64,000 bases of DNA, from assembly GCA_964576535.1 (NCBI GenBank), contig CAZNWB010000001.1, positions 66,082 through 130,081 on the forward strand. The letters run 5' to 3'. A program made the position numbers and the translations under genes. The notes under the pieces were generated by a model. The model was not told the origin of the DNA. It did not search any database and was given only the letters and a program-made list of their open reading frames with translations. The stretch is from an uncultured bacterium (lineage in GTDB: Bacteria > Methylomirabilota > Methylomirabilia > Methylomirabilales > 2-02-FULL-66-22). Positions 1-9,033 of this stretch are shown here, in pieces (positions within the stretch are counted from its first letter, which is position 1; each line of letters begins with the position of its first letter).

Positions 1-498
1 ACCCCACCCAAGGGGTATCCGGTACCCGGGCCGGGGGCCGGGGAGCTCGAGCTGCGCCGGGTGAGTGGGGGGATGTTGGTGCAGGATCGCGATGCGGTGG
101 ACCTGGATCCAGGCGCACTGAAGGTCGTGAGCAAGCGCGCCCCCACGGAGAGTGAGATGCGGGCTCTTCGATTTGCCTGGAGGGTCGCCAAGCACGTGAA
201 ATCCAACGCCATCGTCCTCGCCACGGAGCACGCCACCGTGGGCATCGGCGCCGGCCAGATGAGCCGCGTGGATTCCGCCAAGCTGGCGAGGATGAAGGCA
301 AACTTTCCCACCCAGGGAACCGCCCTGGCCTCGGATGCCTTCTTCCCGTTCCGCGACGGGGTGGATGCGGCGGCGGAGGCCGGGGTGACGGCCGTGATTC
401 AACCCGGCGGGTCGGTCCGGGATGCGGAGGTCATCGCCGCGGCCGACGAGCACGGCATGGCCATGCTCTTCACCGGCATCCGGCATTTCCGGCACTGA
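1..498 (+). CDS. purH: Bifunctional AICAR transformylase/IMP cyclohydrolase, C-terminal part (5' end outside window)
   Basis: Frame 1 is open from nt 1. Translation has ..[15 protein letters not shown].. and ends ..[11 protein letters not shown], the typical PurH C-terminus. purD follows. Confidence 0.9.
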   Translation, partial: TPPKGYPVPGPGAGELELRRVSGGMLVQDRDAVDLDPGALKVVSKRAPTESEMRALRFAWRVAKHVKSNAIVLATEHATVGIGAGQMSRVDSAKLARMKANFPTQGTALASDAFFPFRDGVDAAAEAGVTAVIQPGGSVRDAEVIAAADEHGMAMLFTGIRHFRH

Positions 499-535
499 GG
501 ATGGCGTACTTCCTGCGAGGCGAGGTGGAGCGATT

Positions 536-1813
536 ATGCGAGTCCTGGTGGTCGGGAGCGGGGGTCGAGAGCACGCCCTGATCTGGAAGCTAAAGCAGAG
601 CCCGCGCATCAAGCAGGTGTTTGGCGCGCCCGGCAATGCCGGCATCGCGGAGCTGGCCGAGTGCGTCGAAGTCGGCGCCTCCGAGGTGCGCCGGCTGGCC
701 GACTTTGCCGTAAGTCGCAGGATCGACCTCACGGTGGTCGGGCCCGAGGTGCCGCTGACCCTGGGAATCGTGGACGAGTTCGAGGTCCGCGGCCTGCGGG
801 TCTTCGGGGCCAACCAGAAGGCCGCCGAGCTTGAGGGGAGCAAGGTCTTCGCCAAGCGACTGATGAAGAAATACAAAATCCCTACCGGCTTCTTCCAAAC
901 CTTCTACCGGGCCGAGGACGCCAAGCGCTACATCCAGGACGTGGGGGCACCGATCGTGGTGAAGGCCGACGGGTTGGCCGCAGGCAAGGGCGCCATCGTG
1001 TGCCAGACGGTGAAGGAGGCCCTGGACTCCGTCCGGATGATCATGGAGGATCGCGTCTTCGGCGACGCCGGCGAGAAGGTCGTGGTCGAGGAGTTCCTGA
1101 CCGGCGAGGAGGCGTCCTTCCTGGCGTTCACGGATGGGGAGACGGTCCTCCCCATGGCCTCCTCCCAGGACCACAAGGCCGTCTTCGATGATGACAAGGG
1201 GTCCAATACCGGGGGCATGGGCGCCTACTCGCCGGCGCCCGTCGTCACCGAGGATGTCCACCACAAGATCATGAACCAGGTCATGATCCCCACCGTGAAG
1301 GCGATGGCCGCCGAGGGTCGGCCGTACCGTGGTGTCCTGTACGCGGGTCTCATGATCAAAGGCGGGGAGCCCAGGGCGCTGGAGTTCAACGCCCGATTCG
1401 GCGACCCCGAGGCCCAGCCACTGCTCATGCGGATGGACAGCGACCTCCTCCCGATCCTGGATGCCGTGATCGACCGGCGGCTGCACGAGGTGGAGATCGC
1501 ATGGCACCCCGAGCCGGCGGTCTGCGTGGTCATGGCCTCCGGCGGGTATCCGGGCGCGTACGAGAAGGGCAAGGTGATCAGCGGACTGCGCGCCGCGTCC
1601 CGCCTGAAGGACGTGGTGGTGTTTCACGCCGGGACGGCCCTGGCCGGGGGAAAGGTGGTGACCCATGGGGGCCGCGTCCTCGGCGTCACCGCCCTGGGGA
1701 AGGACATCCCTGACGCCATCGCCCGCGCCTACCGTGCCGTGGAGAAGATCCGCTGGGACGGGGCGCACTACCGCACCGACATCGGGAAGAAGGCCCTGAG
1801 CCGACCAACCTGA
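536..1813 (+). CDS. purD: Phosphoribosylamine--glycine ligase
   Basis: Internal ATG at 536 gives [15 protein letters not shown].., the ATP-grasp PurD signature, over the full length. The upstream part of the 422 ORF overlaps the purH end. Confidence 0.95.
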   Translation: MRVLVVGSGGREHALIWKLKQSPRIKQVFGAPGNAGIAELAECVEVGASEVRRLADFAVSRRIDLTVVGPEVPLTLGIVDEFEVRGLRVFGANQKAAELEGSKVFAKRLMKKYKIPTGFFQTFYRAEDAKRYIQDVGAPIVVKADGLAAGKGAIVCQTVKEALDSVRMIMEDRVFGDAGEKVVVEEFLTGEEASFLAFTDGETVLPMASSQDHKAVFDDDKGSNTGGMGAYSPAPVVTEDVHHKIMNQVMIPTVKAMAAEGRPYRGVLYAGLMIKGGEPRALEFNARFGDPEAQPLLMRMDSDLLPILDAVIDRRLHEVEIAWHPEPAVCVVMASGGYPGAYEKGKVISGLRAASRLKDVVVFHAGTALAGGKVVTHGGRVLGVTALGKDIPDAIARAYRAVEKIRWDGAHYRTDIGKKALSRPT

Positions 1814-1895
1814 ATGCGGAATTCGGAATGCCGAATGCGGAATGGGAAAGTCGATCCGTCATTCCGCATCCCGCACTCCGCATTCCGAATTGCAT
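1813..1895. repeat. Heptamer-word hairpin: AATGCGG/AATTCGG/AATGCCG x5, loop, CATTCCG/CATCCCG/CACTCCG x5
   Basis: Read directly. The left arm 1813-1847 and right arm 1860-1895 are imperfect reverse complements, each a tandem 7-nt array. It fills the purD-purE gap. Confidence 0.8.
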
Positions 1896-1904
1896 GGGGG
1901 CGCT

Positions 1905-2438
1905 ATGGCTCGCAAACGAACCGGATCGTCCGGCGCGCGGTCGCCGGTGGTCGCTCTCCTGATGGGCAGCGACTCGGACCTGCCCACCATGCAGGAGGCG
2001 GCGAAGATCCTCGAGGAGTTCGGCGTCGCCTTCGAGATGCGCATCTGCTCCGCGCACCGGACGCCGGAGAGGCTCGTCCGCTACGCGCGCGAGGCCGAGG
2101 GGCGCGGACTGCGGGTCCTCATCGCCGGGGCCGGCGGGGCGGCCCATCTTGCGGGGGTCCTGGCCGCCCACGTGACCCTGCCGGTCATCGGCGTGCCGAT
2201 GGATTCGGGCCCGCTCAACGGACTGGACGCCCTGCTTTCCACGGTGCAGATGCCGAGTGGGGTGCCGGTCGCCACCGTGGCCATCGGGCGCGCCGGCGCC
2301 CGCAATGCCGCACTGCTCGCCGTCCAGATCCTGGCACTTTCCGATGTCCGGCTCAAGGCGAAGCTCGCCGACCACCGCGCCCGGATGGCGGCCGAGGTCG
2401 CCGCCAAGGATCGCCAGGTCCAGCCGGAGCCCGCCTGA
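1905..2438 (+). CDS. purE: N5-carboxyaminoimidazole ribonucleotide mutase
   Basis: ATG at 1905 gives [43 protein letters not shown], the PurE motifs. The earlier start at 1842 lies inside the repeat. Confidence 0.93.
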   Translation: MARKRTGSSGARSPVVALLMGSDSDLPTMQEAAKILEEFGVAFEMRICSAHRTPERLVRYAREAEGRGLRVLIAGAGGAAHLAGVLAAHVTLPVIGVPMDSGPLNGLDALLSTVQMPSGVPVATVAIGRAGARNAALLAVQILALSDVRLKAKLADHRARMAAEVAAKDRQVQPEPA

Positions 2439-2450
2439 TGACCCGTCCTC

Positions 2451-2492
2451 AATTTCGAATTCCGAATTTCGAATTTTCAAACCCGAAATGGG
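2451..2492. repeat. Tandem heptamer array AATTTCG AATTCCG AATTTCG AATTTTC AAACCCG AAATGGG
   Basis: Six consecutive 7-nt units read directly between the purE stop and the GTG start at 2502. It is related in word to the 1813 and 31062 elements. Confidence 0.6.
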
Positions 2493-2501
2493 TTTTGTGA
2501 C

Positions 2502-4031
2502 GTGAGGTCGTATCGCCGCGCGACACTGCTCTGGTTGCTCGCCCTGACTGCCTTCCACCTCTGGTTTATCGCCAGCGGCCGCTGGCCCCTCTCCGGGGAC
2601 GAGGCCCACTACTGGGAGTGGTCCCGCCACCTGGACTGGAGCTACTACAGCAAGGGCCCCATGGTGGCCTACCTGATCGCGGCCAGCACGCGTCTCGGGG
2701 GCCACACGGAGTTCTGGGTCCGGCTGCCCGCCGTCCTGCTGGGAGTCGGCGTGGCGGTGGTCGCCTTCTTCCTGGCCCGCCGGATCTTCCAGAGCGATCG
2801 CGCCGGATTCCTCAGCGTCGTCTTCCTGAGCCTGATGCCCCTGTACCTTGCCGGCTCCTTCCTGATGACCATCGATCCGCCCTTCGTATTCTTCTGGGGG
2901 TTGGCCAGCCTCCTGCTCTGCCGCATCCCCCGCCGCCGGGGCGAGGCGGCGTGGTACGGCGCCGGCATTGTCTTTGGGCTCGGGTTGCTGAGCAAGTACA
3001 CGATGTTCATGCTCCCGGTCTGCGTGGCGATGTGGTTGCTGGTCTCTCCGAAGCTTCGCCCATGGCTCCGCCGGCGCGAGCCGTACGAGGCCGCCTTCCT
3101 CGGGCTGCTCGTCTTCAGCCCCGTCATCGTCTGGAACGTCCGGCATGGGTGGCTGTCGGGTCGCCACGTCTTGGTCCAGGCGGGCGCTGGGGGGGGCCGC
3201 TCGCTCGGGGCGTCGCTCCTCGGCGGCCCGGAGTTTCTCGCCTCGCAGCTCGGCGTGGTCTCGCCCTTCCTGTTCGTCCTGATGGGTCTGGCCGTGCTCT
3301 GGGCCTGGCGGGAGGGCATCCGTCAGGGGCGCGAGGACCTCTTGCTCCTGGCGTGCCTCTCGGCTCCCGTGTACATCTTTTTCCAGGTCTGGAGCTTCGC
3401 GACGAAGGTGCAGGCCAACTGGGCGGCTCACGCCTACTTCACCGCGGCCGTGGCGGCCGCCGGATGGAGCGAGACCTGGCCGGTGTGGGGGCCGCGCCGC
3501 CAGGGGACCAGGCGCTTGTACGGCCTGCTGCTTGCCTCTATAATCCTGCCCGTCGTGTCCCTTCCGTTGGCGTTCTTCCCGGAGGTCCTGGAGGTCTTCG
3601 GGGCCCGGGTCCCTGCGGCCGTAGACCTGGTGAGCAAGCGATTGCGCGGGTGGCCCGAGCTGGGGCGGGAAGTGGGAGAGGTGCTGCGTGGCTCGCCGAC
3701 TCCCCCGTTCCTGGTGAGCGACCGCTACCAGATCGCCAGCGAGCTTGCCTTCTACGTGGAGGGGCATCCGCGGGTGTTCAACGCCAACCTGGACCGCCGC
3801 ATGAACCAGTACGACCTGTGGGGAGGATGGGAGGCGCTGAAGGGGCGGGACGGCCTGTTCGTCACCTTCGGGGCCGGGGATCCGCCCGGGGAACTCCGGG
3901 ACGCTTTCCGCCGGGTGGAGCGGGTGAAGGTGGTGCCCATCGTGTACCGCGGCCAACGGCTCCGGGATTTCTCCATCTACTGGGGACGGGACTTCCGGGG
4001 CTTCCCCGCCCACCCCTTCACCGGATACTGA
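2502..4031 (+). CDS. Polytopic glycosyltransferase, GT39/GT83 (ArnT/PMT-like) family
   Basis: 509 aa with a GTG start. N-terminus has ..SGDEAHYWEWSRHLDWSYYSKGPMVAYL.. and many TM segments, typical of ArnT-like lipid-linked sugar transferases. Confidence 0.8.
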   Translation: MRSYRRATLLWLLALTAFHLWFIASGRWPLSGDEAHYWEWSRHLDWSYYSKGPMVAYLIAASTRLGGHTEFWVRLPAVLLGVGVAVVAFFLARRIFQSDRAGFLSVVFLSLMPLYLAGSFLMTIDPPFVFFWGLASLLLCRIPRRRGEAAWYGAGIVFGLGLLSKYTMFMLPVCVAMWLLVSPKLRPWLRRREPYEAAFLGLLVFSPVIVWNVRHGWLSGRHVLVQAGAGGGRSLGASLLGGPEFLASQLGVVSPFLFVLMGLAVLWAWREGIRQGREDLLLLACLSAPVYIFFQVWSFATKVQANWAAHAYFTAAVAAAGWSETWPVWGPRRQGTRRLYGLLLASIILPVVSLPLAFFPEVLEVFGARVPAAVDLVSKRLRGWPELGREVGEVLRGSPTPPFLVSDRYQIASELAFYVEGHPRVFNANLDRRMNQYDLWGGWEALKGRDGLFVTFGAGDPPGELRDAFRRVERVKVVPIVYRGQRLRDFSIYWGRDFRGFPAHPFTGY

Positions 4032-4117
4032 ACGCTGTTCGGTGGTTCGACCGTTCGGCGGTTCGGTTGTTCATCTGGCCTTCGGGAACTACCGAACCCC
4101 CGAACCACCGAACAGCC
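4031..4117. repeat. GTTCGG-family octamer hairpin
   Basis: GCTGTTCGGTGGTTCG at 4034 pairs with CGAACCACCGAACAGC at 4101. The arms are GTTCGNNN tandem units. It starts at the stop codon of the GT39 gene. Confidence 0.8.
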
Positions 4118-4157
4118 GGACGCCTGGGGTCGCAGCGATCCGTGTAGCATTGCTGAC

Positions 4158-5150
4158 GTGCCACAGCAGGGAGACACTGTGACCACCGACGTCCAACCGA
4201 CCGTCTCGATTATAGTCCCCGTCTTCAACGAAGAGGAGAACGTCCCGCTCCTGGCCGAGGAGATCCGCCGAGCCCTGGACCCCCAGGGGATCCCCTACGA
4301 GGTTGTGGCAGTGGACGACGGGTCCACGGACGGCACCTGGGAGCGGCTGGAAACTGTGCGCGCCCAGGATCCCCGCTGGGTCCTGGTCGGGCTGCGGCGG
4401 AATTTCGGCCAGACCGCGGCCATGTCCGCCGGCTTCGATCACGCCCGGGGCGAAGTGATCGTCACGCTGGATGGGGATCTGCAGAACGATCCGGCCGACA
4501 TCCCGCGTCTTCTGGAGGTGGCCAAGGACCACGACGTGGTTAGCGGATGGCGGAAGAACCGGCAGGACCCCTTCCTGAGCCGCCGCCTCCCCTCCATGCT
4601 GGCCAACTGGCTCATCTCCCGGGTCACCGGCATCCGCCTGCACGACTACGGCTGTACCTTGAAGGCGTACCGGCGGGAGGTCGTGGAGCATCTGCACCTC
4701 TACGGCGAGATGCACCGCTTTATTCCTGCCGTTGCCAGCTGGATGGGGATCAGCCTGGCCGAGGTGGAGACGCACCACCGGCCGCGCCGCTTCGGCCGAT
4801 CCAAGTACGGCATCATGCGGACCGTCCGGGTCGTCTTGGACCTGATCACGGTGAAGTTCCTTCTGAGCTTCGCCACCAAGCCGATCCAGGTCTTCGGTCT
4901 GCTCGGCGCCTGTATGGCCGCCGTGGGCCTGGTGATCGGTGGCTACCTCACCGTCCTCAAGCTCGGCTTCGGCGCGCAGATTGGCGGCCGGCCGCTCCTC
5001 TTCCTGGCGATCCTGCTCATCCTGGTCGGGGTGCAGCTCGTCGTGATGGGGCTCCTGGGTGAGATGCTCGTCCGGGTTTATCACGAGTCCCAGCGGAAGG
5101 CCATCTACATGGTCAGGCGCGTGCTGGGGCACCCCGGTCGGGAGGGGTGA
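4158..5150 (+). CDS. GT2 polyprenol-phosphate glycosyltransferase (ArnC/DPM1/GtrB-like)
   Basis: VSIIVPVFNEEENV..VVAVDDGSTDGT..TLDGDLQNDPADIP plus two C-terminal TM helices. Confidence 0.88.
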   Translation: MPQQGDTVTTDVQPTVSIIVPVFNEEENVPLLAEEIRRALDPQGIPYEVVAVDDGSTDGTWERLETVRAQDPRWVLVGLRRNFGQTAAMSAGFDHARGEVIVTLDGDLQNDPADIPRLLEVAKDHDVVSGWRKNRQDPFLSRRLPSMLANWLISRVTGIRLHDYGCTLKAYRREVVEHLHLYGEMHRFIPAVASWMGISLAEVETHHRPRRFGRSKYGIMRTVRVVLDLITVKFLLSFATKPIQVFGLLGACMAAVGLVIGGYLTVLKLGFGAQIGGRPLLFLAILLILVGVQLVVMGLLGEMLVRVYHESQRKAIYMVRRVLGHPGREG

Positions 5151-6130
5151 TGGGCCAGCAGGGGCTCCCCCGGCGGACGGGCCGCCTCCTGGTCCTGGGA
5201 AAGCTGCTGATCAGCAGCCTCCTCCTGGCGTTCCTGTTCCTGCGGGTGGATCGGACGGTCTTCGTCCGCACCCTCCAGGCCCTGCCCCTCAGGGTCTTCC
5301 TCGGGTGCGTGGGCCTGTACTTCCTGGGCACCGTCATCAGCACCGTCCGCTGGCAACGCCTGCTGCTAGCCGAGGGGATCCGGCTTCCCCTCTGGCGCCT
5401 GTCGCTCGTCTATTTCGAGGGGGCCTTCTTCAACCTGTTCCTGCCGACGCTGATCGGGGGGGACATCGTCCGCGGCTATTCCATCTACAAGATCACCCGA
5501 GGGCACGACGCGTCCATCGCCTCGATCCTGGTGGATCGCCTCTCCGGCTTTGCGGCCCTGATCATCATCGCACTGGTGGCGCTGGGGCTGGCCTATGGGC
5601 AGGTCCGCGACCCCCAGGTTGCCGCCATGATCCTGGGCGTGGCCGCCGCCTTCGTGGGGATGATTGCCGTCCTGCTGAACGAACGGGTGAAGGCATGGGC
5701 CTTGGGCCTCTTGCGGGGAATGGGCTTGGCGCGGTTCCAGGTCAAACTGCAGGGCATGGTGGAGGCGCTTCACCGCTACCGGGGACACCACCGGGCGCTG
5801 GGGCAGGCCCTCGTCCTCTCCGCGCTGCTGCAGGGTCTGATCATCGTGACCTACTACCTGATCGGTGCCGGACTGAATCTGGGGGTCCCGCTGGCGTACT
5901 TCTTCCTGTACGTTCCCCTGATCACGTTCGTGGCGATGCTTCCGGTCTCGGTCGCCGGCCTCGGCGTGCGTGAGGGGGGCGCGGTCTACTTCTTCGCCAA
6001 GGTGGGCGTGGACGCGGCGGCAGCCCTCGGCATGTCGCTGGCGTGGTTCTCCCTGTCGCTGATCGTGAGCAGCCTGGGTGGCCTCGCCTTTCTCGTGAAC
6101 ACCCACGCCGCCATGCGGGTTCGGGACTGA
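5147..6130 (+). CDS. Flippase-like / lysylphosphatidylglycerol-synthase-TM-region family membrane protein
   Basis: Polytopic, with ..RWQRLL..LFLPTLIGGDIVRGY.. typical of the UPF0104 family. The start overlaps the preceding stop (GTGATG). Confidence 0.75.
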   Translation: MMGQQGLPRRTGRLLVLGKLLISSLLLAFLFLRVDRTVFVRTLQALPLRVFLGCVGLYFLGTVISTVRWQRLLLAEGIRLPLWRLSLVYFEGAFFNLFLPTLIGGDIVRGYSIYKITRGHDASIASILVDRLSGFAALIIIALVALGLAYGQVRDPQVAAMILGVAAAFVGMIAVLLNERVKAWALGLLRGMGLARFQVKLQGMVEALHRYRGHHRALGQALVLSALLQGLIIVTYYLIGAGLNLGVPLAYFFLYVPLITFVAMLPVSVAGLGVREGGAVYFFAKVGVDAAAALGMSLAWFSLSLIVSSLGGLAFLVNTHAAMRVRD

Positions 6131-6137
6131 GGGGGCC

Positions 6138-6725
6138 ATGGTAGACGTGTGGTCGGGGCTCCAGGCGCTGGATAGCTGGGGGCTTCTCGTGATCAATCGC
6201 GTCCTGCAGAACCCGGTCTTCGACGTTCTGATGCCGATCCTGAGCACGAAACGCTACGCACTGCTGCCGGCGGCCGCCGCCATCCTCATGCTGGGGGTGT
6301 GGGGCGGGCGACGGATGTGGATCCTCCTGGCTGTGGGCGTCGTGGCGGTGGGCCTGAGCGACCTGGGGACCAACCTGATCAAGGCCGCCGTTCACCGAAC
6401 GCGGCCGTGCCACGTGATCCCCGACGTTCACCTGCTCACCGGCTGCACCCGGTCCTTTGCCTTCCCTTCCAATCACGCCAGCAACATGTTCGCCCTCGCG
6501 ACGGTGGCCTGGCTCGGATTCCGTCGGTGGCGATGGGGACTCGGCGTCCTGGCCGCCGCGGTGGCATATTCCCGGGTCTACGTGGGCGCCCACTATCCCG
6601 CAGACGCGGTGGGCGGGGCCATCTGGGGTGGGGCCATCGGGTGGGCCTGCACCGCCATAGCCGCACGCGCGTGGCCCGACCGGCTCGGCGGCCGTTCGAA
6701 AGAGGCGCTTGGCGGACCTGCCTGA
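6138..6725 (+). CDS. PAP2-family lipid phosphatase
   Basis: Three acid-phosphatase motifs are present: KAAVHRTRP, PSNH and SRVYVGAHYPAD. Confidence 0.85.
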   Translation: MVDVWSGLQALDSWGLLVINRVLQNPVFDVLMPILSTKRYALLPAAAAILMLGVWGGRRMWILLAVGVVAVGLSDLGTNLIKAAVHRTRPCHVIPDVHLLTGCTRSFAFPSNHASNMFALATVAWLGFRRWRWGLGVLAAAVAYSRVYVGAHYPADAVGGAIWGGAIGWACTAIAARAWPDRLGGRSKEALGGPA

Positions 6726-6750
6726 GCGCGCCCCAGGGGAGCCCCCCGCA

Positions 6751-7533
6751 GTGATCCGTCTGCAAGAGATCAACGCCCGATCCCCCTCCGAGAAAGAGCA
6801 CGTGTATGTCTCCCTGGTGCCCCCGGCCTTCTGCGAACGGTACGGCCTCGACCCGGTCACCCTCACCGATCCCCAGGGAAAATCTCTTGCCCGCCTCGAG
6901 GCGCCCCCAGGTGAGGCGTCGGTTCGCCTGACCCTGCGGCATCGCGCCGATGCCGTGGATCCGGCCCTCTTTCTGCGCCTGGATGAGAGTCGGTATGGCA
7001 ACTTGCAGGTTACCTGGATCATCCTGAGCGAACCCGAGGGCCCACGGTTTGGCGTGGACCTGGATGATGAGGGAAACGTGACAGATCTGGGCGCTCGCTT
7101 CCGGAACCTGCGTGAGGAGGAGGCCGCGATGCGGGCAGGGCTGGCGCCCGGGCAGATCCGACCCGGCCTGCGGATGCTCCGGGCCGTCCTGGATCGCATC
7201 GAAGATTTCGCATCGCGCCTGGGAAAGCCCGCACTCGTCTTGGAGGCATTCTTCTACCACAACGCCCTCACCTACGAGCGCCACGGGTTTGGCTATCTCG
7301 CAGGCCAGGAGCGGATGGAGGCGATGCATAGAGAGTTCCTGCCCGGGGCCGCGCTGGCGGCCCGTCTCGACGGGCGGACGCCCTTCCGAGCGCCCGGCGC
7401 GGGGACGACCGTTCGTGGCCGAAGCTGGGCCATCCACGATGGCATCCTCCCCCGGCGATGGTGGCCCCCCATGATGTACCGCCCCATCGGGGTCCGATTT
7501 GACGTCTGCACCGCACCTGGTCTCCCGTACTGA
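6751..7533 (+). CDS. Hypothetical protein (no family recognised)
   Basis: Long ORF with coding-like composition, co-directional with and abutting the PAP2 gene. GTG at 6751 is preceded by AGGGGAG. An alternative TTG at 6709 would overlap the PAP2 gene. Confidence 0.55.
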   Translation: MIRLQEINARSPSEKEHVYVSLVPPAFCERYGLDPVTLTDPQGKSLARLEAPPGEASVRLTLRHRADAVDPALFLRLDESRYGNLQVTWIILSEPEGPRFGVDLDDEGNVTDLGARFRNLREEEAAMRAGLAPGQIRPGLRMLRAVLDRIEDFASRLGKPALVLEAFFYHNALTYERHGFGYLAGQERMEAMHREFLPGAALAARLDGRTPFRAPGAGTTVRGRSWAIHDGILPRRWWPPMMYRPIGVRFDVCTAPGLPY

Positions 7534-7593
7534 AGCCTCCGGACTCCCCTGCCCTTGACAACCCAACCACTCCGGCACAAGTTAGGTTGCAGA

Positions 7594-7672
7594 GCGATCG
7601 GGCCTTCGGATTGAAGACGGAATCGCTCCCGAGACTTCAATCCGCGATCGGCAATCACCAATCATCAATCTC
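7594..7672. repeat. Imperfect hairpin (CGGATTGAAG/CTTCAATCCG) followed by CAATCAC CAATCAT CAATCTC heptamers
   Basis: Read directly, just upstream of the usp start. Confidence 0.5.
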
Positions 7673-7691
7673 GTTGCGAGGAGGTGGCGTC

Positions 7692-8174
7692 ATGTACAAA
7701 AAGATTCTCGTGCCCCTGGACGGATCGGAACTGGCGGAGAAGGTCCTCCCCCACGTGACAGCCCTGGCCAAGGCCAGCGGGGCCGAGGTGACCCTGGCCA
7801 CCGTGGTCCAGTTCACCGTGGGAGCCGTAGGCGCCAAACTCGAGGCCATGCCGGAGGCCGTGGCGGAGCGGAAGGCGGCCCTCAGGGTCGAGGCCCTGAT
7901 CTACCTGGAGAAGGTTCAGCGGGATCTGAAGGGCAAGGGGGTCACCGCCCACTGTGCCGCCCTAGAAGGTGATGTGGCCAGCCAGATCATCGCTTTTGCG
8001 GAGCAGAAGGGTTTTGATCTGCTCGCCATGGCAACCCACGGGCGGACCGGCATTGACCGGTTCGTCATGGGGAGCATCGCGGAAAAGGTGGTCAGGGGCA
8101 CGGTGAAACCGGTCCTGCTGGTCCGTTCCCTGGTCGCCCACCAGGTGCCGTGGGCCGAGGCGCAGATCGCCTGA
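7692..8174 (+). CDS. Universal stress protein (UspA family)
   Basis: ATG at 7692 is preceded by GAGGAGG. MYKKILVPLDGSELAE.. and the C-terminal ..ATHGRTGIDRFVMGSIAEKVV motif. Confidence 0.9.
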   Translation: MYKKILVPLDGSELAEKVLPHVTALAKASGAEVTLATVVQFTVGAVGAKLEAMPEAVAERKAALRVEALIYLEKVQRDLKGKGVTAHCAALEGDVASQIIAFAEQKGFDLLAMATHGRTGIDRFVMGSIAEKVVRGTVKPVLLVRSLVAHQVPWAEAQIA

Positions 8175-8215
8175 CCCCCGAAGCATCCCTGGGTGACACA
8201 TCCCTTCGAGGCTAA

Positions 8216-8250
8216 CCATCACGCCCGCGCGAAATGCGCGGGCGTGATGG
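8216..8250 (+). terminator. Perfect 15-bp hairpin downstream of usp
   Basis: CCATCACGCCCGCGC-GAAAT-GCGCGGGCGTGATGG. There is no clear T-tract, so its function as a terminator is inferred. Confidence 0.5.
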
Positions 8251-8400
8251 CTTGAGGGGAGAGTGCAGGAACTACCTGAGGGCTTCGCGGAAGTTCATGA
8301 GCAGGCTGATGGCTGGGGGATAACAGTGAGATTACTTATAAAGGATGTCATGTAACTGATTGATAATACAAGATCCAATTGATTCTAACTCCCTGGATCC

Positions 8401-8448
8401 GGAAACAGCAGCGCCCGGACACCCATTCTTCATGGGATGCCCGGGCGC
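8401..8448 (-). terminator. Hairpin plus T-rich tail downstream of the ferredoxin gene
   Basis: On the minus strand: GCGCCCGG..CCCAT-loop-ATGGG..CCGGGCGC followed by TGCTGTTTCC. Confidence 0.5.
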
Positions 8449-8499
8449 ACTCGAATCTCTCCGTTGCCCCTCCGCTCCTCTGCCCGCCGCCCGGGCGGC

Positions 8500-8841
8500 T
8501 CAGTGTTTCGTGGGGTACTTCTGATAGTACTTCGCTGCCTCGCTGTTCGGGTCCTTCCTCGCCTCCTCCCACTTCTCGCGGGTGGGTGCCTTGGGGAGAT
8601 TGGCGTCCCCCTTGAATATGTCAGCGTTCTTGGCGATGTAATCCTTCCACTGCTCCGGGGTGTCACTCTCCTCGAAAATGGCCGTCACCGGGCACTCCGG
8701 GACGCACGCCCCGCAGTCGATGCACTCCTCGGGATGGATGTACAGCATGTCTTCGCCCTCGTAGAAGCACTCGACCGGACACACGTCCACGCAGGCATGA
8801 TCCTTAATCCCGATACACGGCTCTGCCACAATGTATGTCAT
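8500..8841 (-). CDS. fdxA: 7Fe (3Fe-4S/4Fe-4S) ferredoxin
   Basis: [41 protein letters not shown], with GGAGGAGGG upstream. The longer 9006 start lacks support. Confidence 0.92.
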   Translation of the reverse strand: MTYIVAEPCIGIKDHACVDVCPVECFYEGEDMLYIHPEECIDCGACVPECPVTAIFEESDTPEQWKDYIAKNADIFKGDANLPKAPTREKWEEARKDPNSEAAKYYQKYPTKH

Positions 8842-8950
8842 CCCGCCCTCCTCCTGTCTTCCGTCCGCGTGGGTGCCCTGCCCCGGCGAGCGTGTTCGGG
8901 GCTTGGTCTCCCCGAGTCCCCCTCCCGCAGGCCGCCAGCAAGCGGGGCGG

Positions 8951-8979
8951 ATTCTACGCGGCCCCGCCGGTGCCGTCAA
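8951..8979 (-). promoter_or_regulatory. Sigma70-type promoter TTGACG-N17-TAGAAT
   Basis: Minus-strand reading: CGTCAA at 8974-8979 and ATTCTA at 8951-8956, about 100 nt upstream of the ferredoxin start. Confidence 0.6.
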
Positions 8980-9033
8980 CCCCGATCCGAGATCTCGAAC
9001 CGCCAAGGCGCCAAGGGCGGCAAGGTGAACCCA

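Noticed and set aside
1686-4013. 775-aa minus-strand ORF antisense to purE and the GT39 gene
   Set aside because: Arg/Pro/Gly/His-rich composition and no recognisable motif. It fully overlaps two well-supported plus-strand genes, which is typical of a shadow ORF in GC-rich DNA.
5059-5973. 304-aa plus-strand Pro/Gly-rich ORF
   Set aside because: It is an out-of-frame overlap of the flippase-like membrane protein gene, which has coherent TM helices.
7534-7600. TTGACA at about 7553 as the usp promoter
   Set aside because: No acceptable -10 hexamer lies at 16-19 nt spacing. The best candidate, TTAGGT, is 21 nt away.
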